Source of the DNA: Eutreptiella sp. 'Long Island Sound 2002'
Taxonomy: Eukaryota > Protista > Euglenida
DNA: 64,000 nucleotides
Direction: 5' to 3'
Assembly (NCBI GenBank): GCA_964036045.1
Contig: OZ038378.1
Span: 80,538,001-80,602,000 of the forward strand
The notes under the pieces were generated by a model. It was not told the origin of the DNA. It did not search any database and was given only the letters and a program-made list of their open reading frames with translations. Within the stretch, counting starts at the first letter, position 1, and each line of letters opens with the position of its first letter. The translations under genes and the position numbers were made by a program. Positions 1 through 13,306 of the stretch are shown here, in pieces.

Positions 1-461
1 ATTTGTGCCGGTGCATATTCAAAGTGGAGCGTAGACACAGCGTGTGGCCGACCCAATAGCCAACCGGCATCCGAGGATGCCAACGTAGGGGGATGACACC
101 TCCCACGTCGCAACCCCATCTTCGGTTGTATGCGCCTCTTATACTTGGAGGCACAAACAAAAAAGGATGCGAACATAAAGACCGGCTTGGGCAGTGCATG
201 CACCGGGACATCAGCTGCCTAAATACCACGACTAAATGGCACCATTGATGCGAAAGAAAGGCGGCATGTGACAGTAACGGTGTACTCATGTGGGTGACAT
301 ACACCGTATAACGGGGGGGGGGGGGGCAACAAAGCTTGTGACCCGCGTTGTACTCATGGTATGAGAAGCTGTGTATCATCTTCATGACAATATGGTGTAT
401 CTTTACATCGATCAGTTTGGGCGGCACACGGGACTGTGTTTGAGACAAAGCTAATACCTTT

Positions 462-923
462 CTAAGAACATGTGACCATATCCTGACGAAAGTTCTGAAA
501 GCACGAAGGGATGCCATTGGGTGCTGTGCGCTGCCGTTCGTCGAACATCCAACAGACAACAAGTTGTGATGGGGGGGGTAACTCGTTTTGTGCAAAGTAA
601 GACAGTGCTGACATGAAGACCACTTGAGTGGTGGCCAACAACTTGCGCATCTCCGCAGTAGAAAATTGTAGTCCTGCAAGGGACGGCAAACCCCACAGAA
701 ACTCAATCGCCTTCCGAACAGGAGCTACAACAATTGCCGTACAATTAAGTAATGTGTTTGATTCATGTGGGGTTGGGTGGAACCACCTACGATAGAAGTT
801 ATTAAACCTTAAAACAAATATAGCGCCCTTCAAACGGGCCCACAAAGGTGCGGCACAGTCATGTGCCCTAGTTGTAGGAGAAGGTGCACGTGGGCACTTA
901 AACGAGAGCGTGCAAGCTTGCAT
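462..923 (-). pseudogene. Possible DDE transposase relic (PIF/Harbinger-like)
   Basis: ORF has 'RAHD' and 'N..VAPVRKAIEFLWG', loosely resembling the HD and N...R..iE..fG motifs of DDE_Tnp_4 proteins; the middle catalytic Asp is not clear. Confidence 0.25.
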
Positions 924-1149
924 TGAATGCTCCGAGTGGGAGCAACTTCCTCATCGTGACCAAACAGGTCAGCATGTGGGCAACAACGTAACAACATCAC
1001 AAGCAGGGGGGGGGGGGTAGAAAAAAATTCTTGGTACCGGCGTACAGCTTTTTTTTCGGGGGGTACCCCCGGAGGGGGGTGGGGGGTACGAAAAAAATTC
1101 GCGCGACAATTTTTTCGGGCCTCCAAAACCTGAAATTTCCTGAAGTCTA

Positions 1150-2340
1150 CCGCACGTGTTGCACTGCCCGCTGCCCCTGGCACTGAGGTAGGGTATTGCA
1201 AGAATTCCACTGCCCACTGCCCCGAGGCAGTGAGGCAATGCATTGCAGGAGTAGCACTGCCCACTGCCCCTAGGCATTGAGGCAGTGTGTAGCAGGAGTA
1301 GCACTGCCCCCTGCCCCCAGACAGTGAGGCAGTGTATTGCAGGAGTTCCACGGCCCACTGCCCCCAGGAAGCCAGGCGGTGTATTGCAAGAGTTCCTCTG
1401 CCCGCTGCACCTAGGCAGTTAGGCAGTTGATTGCAAGAGTTGCCCTGCCCACTGCGCCCAGGCAGAGATGCAGTGCGTTACAAAAGGATCGGGACCTCCA
1501 TTGCCCACTGCCCCAAGGCAGTGCGTCAGTGTTTGACATGAATTCCACTGCCCATCGCCCTCGGGCGGTGAGGCACTGTGTTGTAGGACTTGCACTGCCC
1601 ACTGCCCCCTAGCAGAGAAGCAGTACATTGCAGGAGTTGCACTACCCACTGCCCTCGGGCTATGAGGCAGTGTATCGCAAGAGTTGCACTTACCACTGCC
1701 TCTGAGCAGAGCGGCATCGCATTGCAGGAGTCCCTCTGCCCACTACCCCCAGGTAGCGAGGCAATGTATTGCAGGAGATCCACTTTGCATTGCCCCCAGA
1801 CAGCGAGGCAGTGCATTGCAGGGGTTGCGTTGCCCACTGCCCCCAGGCAATGAGGCAGTGCGTTGCAGGGGTTGCACTGCCCACTGCCCCCTACCAGAGA
1901 AGCAGTGCGTTGCAAAAGGAGCGGGAGCTCCACTGCCCACTGCCCCCAGGCAGTGAGACGATGGACTGCAGCAGTTCCACTGCCCACTCCCCCTAGGAAG
2001 TGGGGCCGAGCAGTGTAGGAGTTGCAGTGCCCACTACCCCAAGGCAGTCAGACAGTGCACTGCACGAGTTCTGCTGCCCAGTGGCCACGGGCATTGGGGC
2101 AGTGCATTACAGTTTTTCCACTGCCCACTGCCCCCCGGTGGTGTGGCAGTGCGTTGCAGGAGATCCAGTGCCCACTTTCCTCTGCCCACAACTGCAGTAC
2201 AGCAGGGCACACCCAGTGCAGTGCAGTGCAGTGCACAGCAGTAAGCAGTGCGGCACCGCACAAAAAGCAGTGATGGTGCAGCGCGGCACGCATGGTGCAG
2301 TGGGCCTACGAGACCCTGTGTGACAGGGCACAGGCGTCGG
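1150..2340. repeat. Degenerate ~43-nt satellite (CACTGCCC...GGCAGTG)
   Basis: Dozens of units like gcactgcccactgccccaggcagtgaggcagtgcattgcaggagt, with an internal inverted cactgcc/ggcagtg. Confidence 0.9.
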
Positions 2341-3829
2341 CAGAGCAATATTGGCCAAGTGCGAGTTTGCGCTGGTCCGGCTATCCAAAAACACACAGGC
2401 ACACAACGCGCACACAACACACACAAGTGTCCCATTTACCTATGCCCGTGGGTGGACATTCCGGCCTTTGCCTTCCGGTAACAACGCCTTCGGCACAGCA
2501 AACTGCAATACAACGCAGCACACCACACCACAAGACACCAGTTCACACCTTACGAGGCCACAACACACCACATCACTGCACAGCATGGCATGGCATACCC
2601 GCAACTTGAAATTGCATTTCGTCAGTCAAATATCGTATAAATCCAAGAAAAAAACCAGCTGTGAAACAAAGAAAAGAACAACCTCCCAGACCCCTCAGTT
2701 CAACCCCCACCCCAAAGGTAGTCCTCAAGCCCCCCTTGAAAAATGTGTGACAAAAGCAAAGACGCACCCCCCCCAACCAACCAACGCTTGCAGGGAGGGC
2801 AGCCCCACAATGCCCGTGCCTATGTCGAAATGTGTGCGTGCATGTGTGTGTGTGTGTGTGTGCACATATGACTAGACATGTACCAAATGTGATGATTTCT
2901 ATGTGTCTATGCGTAACGGAACCCCCCCCCCCCCTCCCACATTGGTATCTTTTACTTGCCGAATGTGTGTGCATGTCTTTGTTCTAGCCTTCTTGTAGCC
3001 CTGCTCTAGTGTGTTAGTTGCTATGAGTGTATGTGCCATGCACCCCCCCAACTCACCGTGATAATTTGTTTTTTGTGTTCTACCCAGGCTATTATATCGT
3101 TCTAGTATTGATCTATTCTAGGCTAGAACATCTAGGCTACAAGTTCTAGCCTAGAACGAGATTGGGTCTTCTAGCGTGTACCAAAGGTCAGAATCGGCAG
3201 CTCGGCTAACTCGAGGGCCACGGTGTCGCGCCTCTTGTAGCGACCCATAGGCATCGCAGCCTCCACCCCTTTGCATCCCCCAGCGTTGGCGTTCTCTAGG
3301 TCAACTCCCCCCACGCGTAGGATGGCCTCCGACTTTGGCTCCCATGCCTACCCCCCCCCCCCCCCGCCCACGAGCTCCCCACCACTGACTACCACTGTCC
3401 CCATCCGAGCCTCTGCTCAGACCGAAAAACAAAAAGCGAAATTGGCTGCACCAGCCCAGGCAACATAGCAGGACCCAAAATACATCCGGGCGCACTTGCA
3501 GGGCCAGTAAGGCAGTTTTGGGAGGCGCCGGGGCCCCGCTATGGCCCTCACACCCACGACCTATGGCCCCCCGTTGTCCGGACCGATGAGATGTGCTTTG
3601 CCAATCGGTCACGGAGCCCATACGGTGCGCACCACACAGTATGCCCTGCACTCTCTGGTCCCTCCAGTAGAGGCAAGTCTCTCTTTTGGGGGGGTGTCTG
3701 AAGTAGCGCCCGAAAGGGAGGGGCTCCAGAGTCACTAGGTCGCGGCACATCGTGCCTATCCAACGGTGCCACCTTCAACCCACAAGCTGGACGCCTGCTG
3801 TAGTGTCCCCTCGTCGCCCCCCCCCCCCT

Positions 3830-4850
3830 TGCACGTGGGGAGCAATTGGTAGTGGATCTCCTGCTGCACACTACCACATGGTTATGCAGCATTTGATACT
3901 GAAGCTCCGTTGGTGCATTGCCGCACTGATTGGGAGCAGTGAGCAGTGCAACTCCGCCAATGCACTCCCACGCTGCTAGGGAGCGGTGGGCGGTAGAAGT
4001 CCACTTGTTCACTGCCACACTGCTAGGGTAGAGACAACAATGTAACTTCTTACGTGCAGTGACACAATGCTTCGGCCCAAGGGGATGTGTCACTCCTTCA
4101 TACACCGCCCCACTGCTTGGCAGCACTAGGCGGTGGACCTCCGTCACTACACTGCGACAATAAACATGAGTAGTGGCAGCGGAACTCATTGAGTGGGGCA
4201 GCATTGGGCCGTGAAATTCCTTTTGTACGCTGCCGCACTCCACGGAAGCAATGAGTAATGGTGCTCCTTTTGTGCATAGGCACTTTCATGGGGAGCATTG
4301 GCTAGTGTGCTCCAGAGTAGTGGACATTGGGTCTCTTTTGGTACACTTTCGTGTTTTTGGGGAGCAATGGGTAGTGGATCTGCTTCAACAAACTACCACA
4401 TTGATGGACAGCAAAGGACGCTGGAACTCTATCAGTGCCCTATCACGCTGCTTGGGAAAAGTGGACTATACGACTCTTTTGGTACATTGCTACAATGTCG
4501 GGACCACGGGGCACTGGAACGCCATCCTCGCGCTGCCATACGGATGGGCGGTAATACATGGCACCTTGTTGCAGAGTATTGGGCATTGGAACTCCTTTGG
4601 TCCACTACCGCACTGCTGGGGCGCATTTGGTAGTGTAACTTCTTATGTTCACTGCCATACCATTTGGTCGCAGTGGCCTCCATACACTGCCACACTGCCT
4701 GGCAGGAAGCGGTAGCCGATCTCCTTCGATGCACTATCAGAGTTTAGTGGATTGAAGAGCAAGGAATCTTGTTCTGCAAACCCCCACATTGTTGGGAAAG
4801 CATCGGGATGTCGAGTCCCTTTTGCACGCTCCCACATTGCTAGGGAGGAG
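3830..4850. repeat. Related satellite array, reverse orientation to 8340-10410
   Basis: Units like tggggagcaatgggtagtggatct are the reverse complement of the agatccactgcccattgctcccca units at 8340-10410. Confidence 0.8.
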
Positions 4851-5129
4851 CTGCCGGTCCATACTCCTTAGGCCACGATAACGAGCAACCCTTTAGGACC
4901 CCCTTGCGTGCACTTTCTTCCCTATTGGCTATGTCATTTTTGTAAATGTGTTTTTGGGTTATAGTCTCTACCGTAACATATGGCGGATAAGAAATATGCA
5001 TGTTTTGCATGTTCTGTGCGCGCACAACTGCATACACAAATGGCATTCTCTATTTGGCATGATAACTAGTTTTGGACGAAATTTGTGCCACCGCTGTTGT
5101 TGGGGCAGTAAAGGGAGGGGAGTTGCGTT

Positions 5130-5340
5130 AGTTACATAATGTACAAAGTTACCACGCAAACATGCCCCCTCCGGTGGTGCGCTCACCTTTGGGGCCGCCG
5201 TTGGGGGGTCCGGGGTTTTACCTGTTCCTCCCGCCCTCTCGGGCTGTTGACCGGAGGTTTACATTATACAATATTGTGATTCTTCCTTTATACTACTACT
5301 TCACTTCATACATACACATCCCATAGGGCAATATAGGTTC
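5130..5340. repeat. Dispersed ~200-nt repeat, inverted copy at ~44965-45175; candidate structured RNA
   Basis: tgtacaaagttacc...cctccggtggtgcgctcacc...ctgttgaccggaggtttaca matches the reverse complement of 45030-45175. Confidence 0.8.
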
Positions 5341-6359
5341 CCACACATTGCGGAGTTTCTCCGAGGTTCTTTATTTTATCTTTCACCGGCTTTGGTGTAG
5401 GCTGTAGCAGGGCGGCGGGGACTCGAACTGCTAACCAGCGGGGCCTTGCCGCCCGGTCCGGGGGGGTCTCTGGGGGGGCAGGCTGGGGGGGGCGGAGGGA
5501 GGGGTGATCAGGGCAGCGCGGGGTAGGTGCCATTGCCTCGGCGCAGTGAGGACCATAGCGGAGGGCTGTGGCCCTACCTCCGGCTTTGGGGGAGGAGGGG
5601 GCAGCTGTTAAGGGGTGGGGGGGGGCTCAGGGCAAGGGGCCTATTGATACGGCTCCTCCGATAGGCTGCGAGGGCGCGCATGGCCCTACCGCCGTAGCCC
5701 GCTGCCACTACCCTGCAGACAATGTGGCGCCGGACCATCGCGCTCTGCTGTCTGGCCACTGCACTAGCCTCTGATGAGCGACTGAGCGAGAAACAGGCAC
5801 TGTGACTGTTTGGCGTCCGCAGTGGGCAGGGCGCTGCCTCACTGCCACACTTATCCCCTCTCACCCACTCACACACCCCACATACCTAACCTGGTCCCGC
5901 CGCGTCGCTGAAGCCCCGGTGTGGGGGCCTCCATGCTGCTGGCTGCCATACCTCAGGCACGGGGCGGGGCACTGGGGCATGGGAGGGGGGTGACACGGAC
6001 CCAAGGGAGTGTCGGGGCATAGGGGGCACACACGGGCGGCGGCAGTCGGCAGAGGGCGCTCCGCGCGGGAGAGGCGCTTGCCAGAGCTTTGCTGAGGGCC
6101 CTGTGTGCGGGGCGGGGGGGGGGCGCTGGGGGAGAGGAGGGGGAAGCTTGGTTAGCCGTTGTCGTTGGGGGTCGCGGACCATTGCCATGGCCAACGAGGC
6201 CGTACTAGGGGCCGCGGGGTCCATGGGGATCGTGCTTGGCACTGGGACGTGCACCCAGCCGACACTGTTAGTACACTGCCTAAGGGCAGTGCCCGAGCCC
6301 TGTCGTTGGGGGCTTCGCACCCGGCACCCAGCCCGTGGGTACAGCTGGGGAGTACTCAG

Positions 6360-7790
6360 TGTGTCATAGTCTATTGTGGTTTGTGATCTGCTATGGTATG
6401 TTGTGTTGTGTGGTGGCGTGGTGTGTTGTGTTGTGGTCACATGAGGTGCGATGTGGTGTGTTGCGCTGTCATGTGGTGTGGTGTGGCGTCATGTGCTGTG
6501 GCCTCGTGTCATATGGTGTGGTGTGCTGTGGTTTGGTGTGCTGTGCTGCGGTCTCCTATGGTGTGTGATTGGTTGTGGTGTGTTGTACTGTGCAGGGGGG
6601 GTAGTGTGTTGTGGTCACATGACGTGCGTTGTGGTGCGGTGTGTTTTCATGTGGTGTGGTTGGTGTTGTTGGTTGAATGGTTTGTTGGTTGCTTGGCAGG
6701 TTGGGTTGTTTGGCAGCTTGGGTTAGTTGTTGGGTGTTTAGCCGGTTTCGGCATGCTGTGTGGTGTCTGCACCCTGTGTTGTGTGGTGCCGTTTGCTGTT
6801 GTATGCTCTGTGATGTCATGTGTGTGGGTACACATGTATTTATTGCCATTCAACGGGAGGGAGGGGGGGATCGTAAGCATGTAATATTTTTGTTCTAGCG
6901 GCGTTCTAGGGAACTGCTCTAGCGACGTTCTAGCGGAGGCGCTGGAACGTTCTAGCCGAGGCGGTAGAACGCCGCTAGAGCGCCGCTAGAACAGTTCCCT
7001 AGAACGCCGCCAGAACACAAATATTAAATGCTTACGATCCCCCCCTCCCTCCCCTGGAATGGCAGTAAATACATGTGTACCCACAGACATGACATCACAC
7101 AGCATACAACAACATACGGCACCACACACCACATGGTGCAAACAACACACATCATGCCCCAACCGGCCAAACACCCAACAAATAACCCAAGGTGCCAAAA
7201 AAACTCAACCTGCCAAGCAACCAACGCACCATTCAACCAACGAGACAGGCAACCCTATCGCACGATACCCCACCACAGCACACCACACCACATGACACCG
7301 TGTTGTAGTCTGTTGTGGTGTGTGATCTGCTATGGCGTGATGTACTGTGCAGTGGCGCGGTGTGTTGTGGTCACATGATGTGCCGTGTGGTGTGCTGCGG
7401 TGTTATGTGGTGTGCTTTGGTGTCATGTGTTGCGGCCTCGCGTCATGTGGTGTGGTGTGGTGTGGTGTGCTGCGCTGTGCTCTGCTGTCCTGCGGTCTGT
7501 TGTAGTGTGTGATCCGCTATGGTGTGTTGTACTGTACGGGGGGGGGGGTTTGTGTGTTGTGCTCAGATGACGTGCGGTGGGTGTGCTGTTTTATCATATG
7601 GTGTGGTAGGGTGTCATGTGGTGGCGTGTGGTGGGGTATTGTGCAATAGGGTTGGTTGTCTGGTTGGGTGAATAGTGTGTTCGTTGCTTGTTTGCTTTGG
7701 CTTGTTGCTATGTTGAGTTGTTTGGTAGCTTGGGTTATTTGATGGGTGTTTAGCCGTTGGGGCATGTTGTGCACTTTGTCCCGTTCCCGG
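6360..7790. repeat. GT-rich repeat with ~650-bp foldback (6645-7297) and direct copy (6360-6790 vs 7300-7780)
   Basis: acacatgtatttattgccattc...gatcgtaagcat...gttctagcggcgttctagggaac (6830-6915) is inverted at 6985-7080; the centre is near 6955. Confidence 0.85.
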
Positions 7791-8339
7791 CGAACCGCCT
7801 GCGAAAAAGTTTCCCTGCTGTGGCATCCCGAGCGAGCCAACTATGAAGGTTTACTGCATTGACGTAGATGACGCATCCTCAAGCGCACCCCCTGCAGCCT
7901 TACTTCTTGAAAGTGACCGTTACCCGACTGATTACGTTGAACGTTAAGTGTTTGGTGACCGCGACCTCGAGAACACACTCCCCGAGGTCCCCGGTGTGGC
8001 CGGGGTATACCCAAACGGATGACACCCATCCTAAATTGGGCTAGGGCGGTGCAAATGTTAGACTGCAATTGCTAGGCCGCATGCCCAACTGTTTGGAGGT
8101 GCCCAACACGTGCTTTTTTCGTCACATTCTAGGGTTTTGGGGTGTTTCGGGGAGCATCATGCGTAGTGCGCGTGGCCGGCAAATTTTGCTAAGGGCGCTC
8201 CAAAAATCGCTCAGAATTTATCCGGTGCCCGCTTGGGAAATCCCCGAGCAGGGTTGGTTTTCTTAGGCAATTCTGAGCATGACGCTAGGCATTTTCGAAA
8301 ACAATATCGCCGGCGATTGGGAGATGCGAAGCAAAGCCA

Positions 8340-10410
8340 TTTAGCGACATGTGGCGAGCTTTTCCAAGTTGAGTGGCAGTGTATGGAATCATGCTGCTTG
8401 CCAACATTGTGGTGGTATACTAAAGGAGGCCCATTGCCCACTGCTCCCGAGCAATGTGGTAGCGTACAAAAGCAAATGCACCACCCATCACACGCGAGAA
8501 GTGTGGCACTACACTGGATATCCGATGCCCATTGCTCCCCAACATTTTGGCGGTAATGGGGGAGTTCCACTATGCACTGCTCCCCATCACTGTGGGGGTG
8601 CCGGAAAGGAGATCCGCCGCTTATTGCTCCCCAGCAATATGGTAGTGCACTCAAGGAGATCCACTGCCCACTACTCCCGAGCGGGGTGGTTGTCCACAAA
8701 TGAGTTCTAGTGCTAGTCTAGCAGCATACTAAAGGGGATCCACTGCCCATTGCTCCTTACTAGCGTGGCACTATATGTAAGGAGTCCTACCGCCCATTGC
8801 TCTTGCGCAGTGTGGCGGTGCACTAGCGGAGTTTCAGTGCCCATTGCTCCCCAGCAATGGCAGTGTGCCGAAGGAGATCTACCACCAATTGCTCCCCACT
8901 GCCACGGCAGGCAGTGTGCTCAAAGTGATCCACTGCCCACTGCTCCCAAGCAAAATGGCAGTATTTTGAAGGAGATGGGCCGCCCACTCCTTCGAGAGAT
9001 GGGCCGCCCACTCCTTCGAAGCAATGTGGTAGTGTGCAGAGGGAATTTCACATCCCAGTGCTTTCCACCAATGTGGTGCTATTCCGAAGGAGAACTCTTG
9101 CTCCTTGCTCCATTGTAGTGTGGCAAGTGCACTGAAGGAGATCTGTTGCTCGGCAGTGTTGTAGTTTATTGAAGGAGCCCCACTGCCCACGTCTCCTTTG
9201 CCAGATGGCAGTGCACGAAAGAAGTAAAAGTGCCAACCGCCCCATAGCAGTGTGGTAGTGGACTAAAGGAGTCCCACAGCCCACTACTTCCGAGTAGTGT
9301 GGGCCTGCAGTGACGGAATTTCATTGTCCTTTCCTCCCAAGCAATATGGCAGTGTGCGGAAGGAGATCCACTACCCATTGCTCCCCAAAGGCATGAAAGT
9401 GTTCTCAAGGAGATCCACTGTCCATTACTCCCCAATACAGTGGAGTTCCATTGCCGCATGCCCCCCATAAATGTGGCAACCAGTTGATATGTGAAATATT
9501 AAAGATTAACGACATTACCTTTAATCTAGGTCACGGCAATGTACCAAAGGAGTTCCACAGCCCACTGCTTCACATCACCCTGGTACTGCACTGACGGATT
9601 CTGAATCGTCATTGCTCCCAAGTGTGGCAATGCGCTGAAGGAGTTCCACAGCCCATTGGGCCGCAGCAATGTGGCAGTGCACTAAAGTAGTTCTAGTGCC
9701 CACTGCTCCGTGGCAATGTGGCAGTGTGCTGAAGGAGTCCTGCAGCCCACTGCAGCCCACCACTGTGGCGGTGCACTAAAGGAGTTCCACTGCCCACTAC
9801 TCCCTATCATTGTGGCATGCACACTGCTCCCGGGGAGAGTGGCAATATACGGAAGGAGACCCAGTGCCCGCTTCTCCCAAGCAATGTGGCATTGTAGACG
9901 AGGCACTGTACCCACCGCTCCCCAGCCGTGTGGCGTGGCGTTGAAGGAGATCCACTACCTACGGCTCCCTAGTAGTGCGGCGGTGTACTAAAATAGTCCC
10001 ACGGCCCACTACTGCCCAGCAGTGTGGCAGTGCACTAACAGATTTCCACTACCCACTGCTCCCTAGCAAATTGGCAATGCAATGAGGGAGGCCCACTGCC
10101 CACTGTTTCCCTGCTCCCCAGTAGAGTGGCAGTGTACAGGAGCAGACCCACCGCCCACTGCATCCCACCACTATGGCAGTATACTTAAGGAGGCCCATTA
10201 CGCATTGCTCGTGAGCGATGTGGTAGTGTACAAAAGCAAATGCACTACCCATTACACCCGAGAAGTGCGGCAATGCACTGAAGGATATCCAATGCCCATT
10301 GCTCCCAGAAATTGTGGTGGTAATGGGGGAGTTCCCCTATGCACCGCTCCCCATCACTGTGGGGGTGCAAGATAGGAGATCCGCAGCCTATTGCTCCCCA
10401 CCAGTATGCC
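8340..10410. repeat. Degenerate ~45-nt satellite (cactgcccattgctccccagcaatgtggcagtg)
   Basis: Recurrent units across 2 kb, same family as 1150-2340 and 3830-4850. Confidence 0.9.
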
Positions 10411-11112
10411 GCTAATTTTATCGCGCCCCCCCGCCAATTCTGGGCAGCGCATATGCTTTATCATTTCGTTTCAGTAGCAGTAGGTGCTTACTAGAGGCGC
10501 ACTGGGGTTGGCTGGTGGTGGCAAAAATGATCGGAGCTGATTTGCGTACTGTTGATACTTTGGAGCAGGAGCAAGCTGAGTATGTGTCATGTGGCTCCTG
10601 TCACATACTAACCATCGGCTGTCGGCCGGGAGGGAGGGGCCTGGGTGCCTGAATGTGCCCACAGGGGATCGACAACAGTGTAGGCGTTGTGGGCGGTCCG
10701 CTGTGCTGTCTGAGCCCGTCTGCAGCATGAATGAGCCAGCTCCACCAGTTGGCTGCTCACGTTGATATGCTTGGCTACGTTGCGTCTGTGCGCCTTTCAT
10801 CCGGGACCGTGTGCCCAGCTGTGTGAAGCAGCCTCTGCCTGGCTGTGCAAATTGGTGTATGCATACCTATGTAATGTGATGCGTGACCAGCCGTGTGCAA
10901 TGAGGTGTCAGCCCCCCCACTCACACCACACAGAATAACATACACTATTCCCAATAGTCGGCCGCACACCACTGCACATAGCGCGGCGTACGTCACTTCA
11001 GAATGACATAACCAGGCACTTCACATTGTCAAAAATCCACTGCACAGAGCCAGACACAGATCAGTCTTCACGTAAAGCACCCCAGACATAGCTTCCCTGT
11101 TCATCTCTGCAG

Positions 11113-11232
11113 GTCAATTTGCACCATGGTGTCCCAAAGGAAGAAATTGAGATTACATCCACAGCTAGCGGAGGGACGTTCCTGCTGGAGTTTACCATGT
11201 TAGGGCGACTGATTGGAGATCCAGTGTTTGAG
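11113..11232 (+). CDS. Probable host-gene exon, unknown protein
   Basis: ctctgcAG acceptor, 120-nt open phase-0 exon VNLHHGVPKEEIEITSTASGGTFLLEFTMLGRLIGDPVFE, GT donor; non-repetitive context. Confidence 0.45.
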
Positions 11233-11883
11233 GTCTGCATTTGTCAGTAGTGGTGTGCATTTTGTGCATATTGTGTGGGGTGTATCTTGGTGCATTTGCA
11301 CGTGCGTGTGTGTGTTTGTGGTTTCCGGCGTTTGTGTGTGTGTGTGTGTGTGTGCGTGCATGCGTGCATGCGTGCGTGTGTGTGTATGTTCTGTCTCAAT
11401 ACTTCATGATGTTCATCTGACCAGGACTTGTCAACCATGCATGTTTCCATGCATCTATTTTTTCCAAAAGGTGCCCAGTGGTGTCATTGGTTAGGCTCTC
11501 GACAGCTGACCTGTTTTCAGTGACAGAAGGTGCACCGTTCACTCAGCTGCCGCCCCAATGTGCTCAGCCTCTTAGAGCTGCACTGCACTGTCATCTCCAA
11601 TGTACTGGTTGTTTGCTACCTGCAGACTTCTTGTGGCATAAGACCTGTCCTTCATTCGACGCTTCATCGGTTGAGGTCTGGGTGCTCAGGCTGATCTTCG
11701 ACCAGTGCCTGTTTGTCATGTTCATCCTGCATGTGTGAGGGTGTGTGTAGGGATATGTAAATTTGTGTGTGTGGTGAGAGCTGTGGTCTGTGTTGACATG
11801 GCCACTGGTTGAGGCAAGTCTCCCCTGTGCACCACTGCATACTGGGCCCATCTACACGAGTAAGTCCATCTGCTTCTTCCTAG

Positions 11884-11968
11884 AACACGGCCAAGCGCGC
11901 TTCAATGGGGCTGTTCCAGAGGCGCAGTTCCCTTGGACTTGTGGGAAATCACATCAACATCACCTCTG
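11884..11968 (+). CDS. Probable host-gene exon
   Basis: ttcttcctAG acceptor, reads NTAKRASMGLFQRRSSLGLVGNHINITS, GTGAGT donor. Confidence 0.4.
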
Positions 11969-12543
11969 GTGAGTGGACTCACAAGGATGCAGGTGACGTT
12001 TGTGGTCTGGCCCTGACCCCTCCAGACAAGGCAAGTTGGGCATGACACCCTAATCGTAGCAAATTGTGCACAGGCGCTTCAGAAAGACACACATTTTTTC
12101 ACATCTTCTTGACTGAGATTCGTGCAGTGCACGTAATCATACACAACAAACACAACACACATAAAATGGCAGTGACATACTCCCTAAAGGGACTGTAGCC
12201 ACCGTCCAACACCACCGGGCTACGTGGCTCAAAAACACGATTCCAAGGGGGCCTATACCACCCACAACCTCCCACTTTTTGTGGTTTGCTCGCCTCAAAA
12301 TCGCTCAAACGGATGCCTAGACCCCTGTATACCCCCCCCCCCCCCTTGCGCATGCACAGCCTTGTCTAAGCACGGGGTGGGCGTTGAACTGCCGTTTTGA
12401 GGAAATTTTGGGACCGCTGTTTTTGTGGTCCAGAATGGAGGATTGGGTGTTTGTAGAGCATTTGTACAGGGAAAGAGGGGCTGAGTCATGTCTGTGATGG
12501 TGCATTCTATTCATAACAACATTGTACCGCACATTGGAAGCCC

Positions 12544-13306
12544 ATGCTGCTGGTTCTGATGTACTTTTCAGCTATGGCTAACAATGTTATTCCCGGTCTG
12601 GCTGTCACATACGTTCGGAGCACCGAGGAACATGCGCTTGCCACCATTATTGCTCCCTCTCGTCATGGCGACAACTACATCCATTTGAAGTACACACGGT
12701 ATGGGAAGGAGATTGAACACAATGCCGCTTTTGATAGACTGCTCTTCCCCATTCGCATCCCCTTGCCATCCCCATTTGAGGGGTCCCCCACATGTGGGCG
12801 CTCGCCGACGCGCAGTCCATCACCACCGGTTCGTACCGGCCCTGCCCCAGCTACAGCCCTGCCTGTCGGTTGGGAGCTGGCCACCACCATGGATGGCATC
12901 CCCTACTACATGGATCACAACCGGGGTATTACAACTTGGGAACGTCCTCAGTTGCCGGCATACTCTATCAGATTGTGGGGAGGACAATGGAGGGGAGATT
13001 GTGCGGGCAGAAGCCGCCCGTGGTGCTTGGGGATTGGGGCATGTTTTTGAGGACAAGCCGTACTTCACAAAGGACATTGTGGATGATAGCTTTGTGCCTA
13101 AGAATAGGAAGCCCAAACGTGTGCCGCAGCCTGCCGCGAAACCTGCTCCAAAGCCAGCCCCAAAGGGCAAGCATGTCCAATTGTTCAAGATGAGGCGGAG
13201 GGTTGGAAAGGGCTTCTATTCCATGGCACCTGATGCCCCCGACAGTGAATATGGACAAGCAGAATATTTGGAGAGTTGTTTGTGCATTGTACCACGCTTT
13301 GTGTAA
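12544..13306 (+). pseudogene. Frameshifted gene: Tudor/SH3-like N-terminus, WW domain, Lys/Pro-rich tail
   Basis: Canonical WW signature LPVGWELATTMDGIPYYMDHNRGITTWERP at ~12859-12948; overlapping ORFs 12544-13050 and 12701-13306; flanked by ~90-nt direct repeats (12347-12440, 13347-13440). Confidence 0.75.

Noticed and set aside
275-308. Hairpin acggtgta...tacaccgt as a Helitron 3' end
   Set aside because: No CTRR terminus follows and no supporting Rep/helicase sequence is present.
830-10375. Many Cys/His/Gln-rich short ORFs
   Set aside because: Translations of satellite and GT-rich low-complexity DNA with no domain signal.
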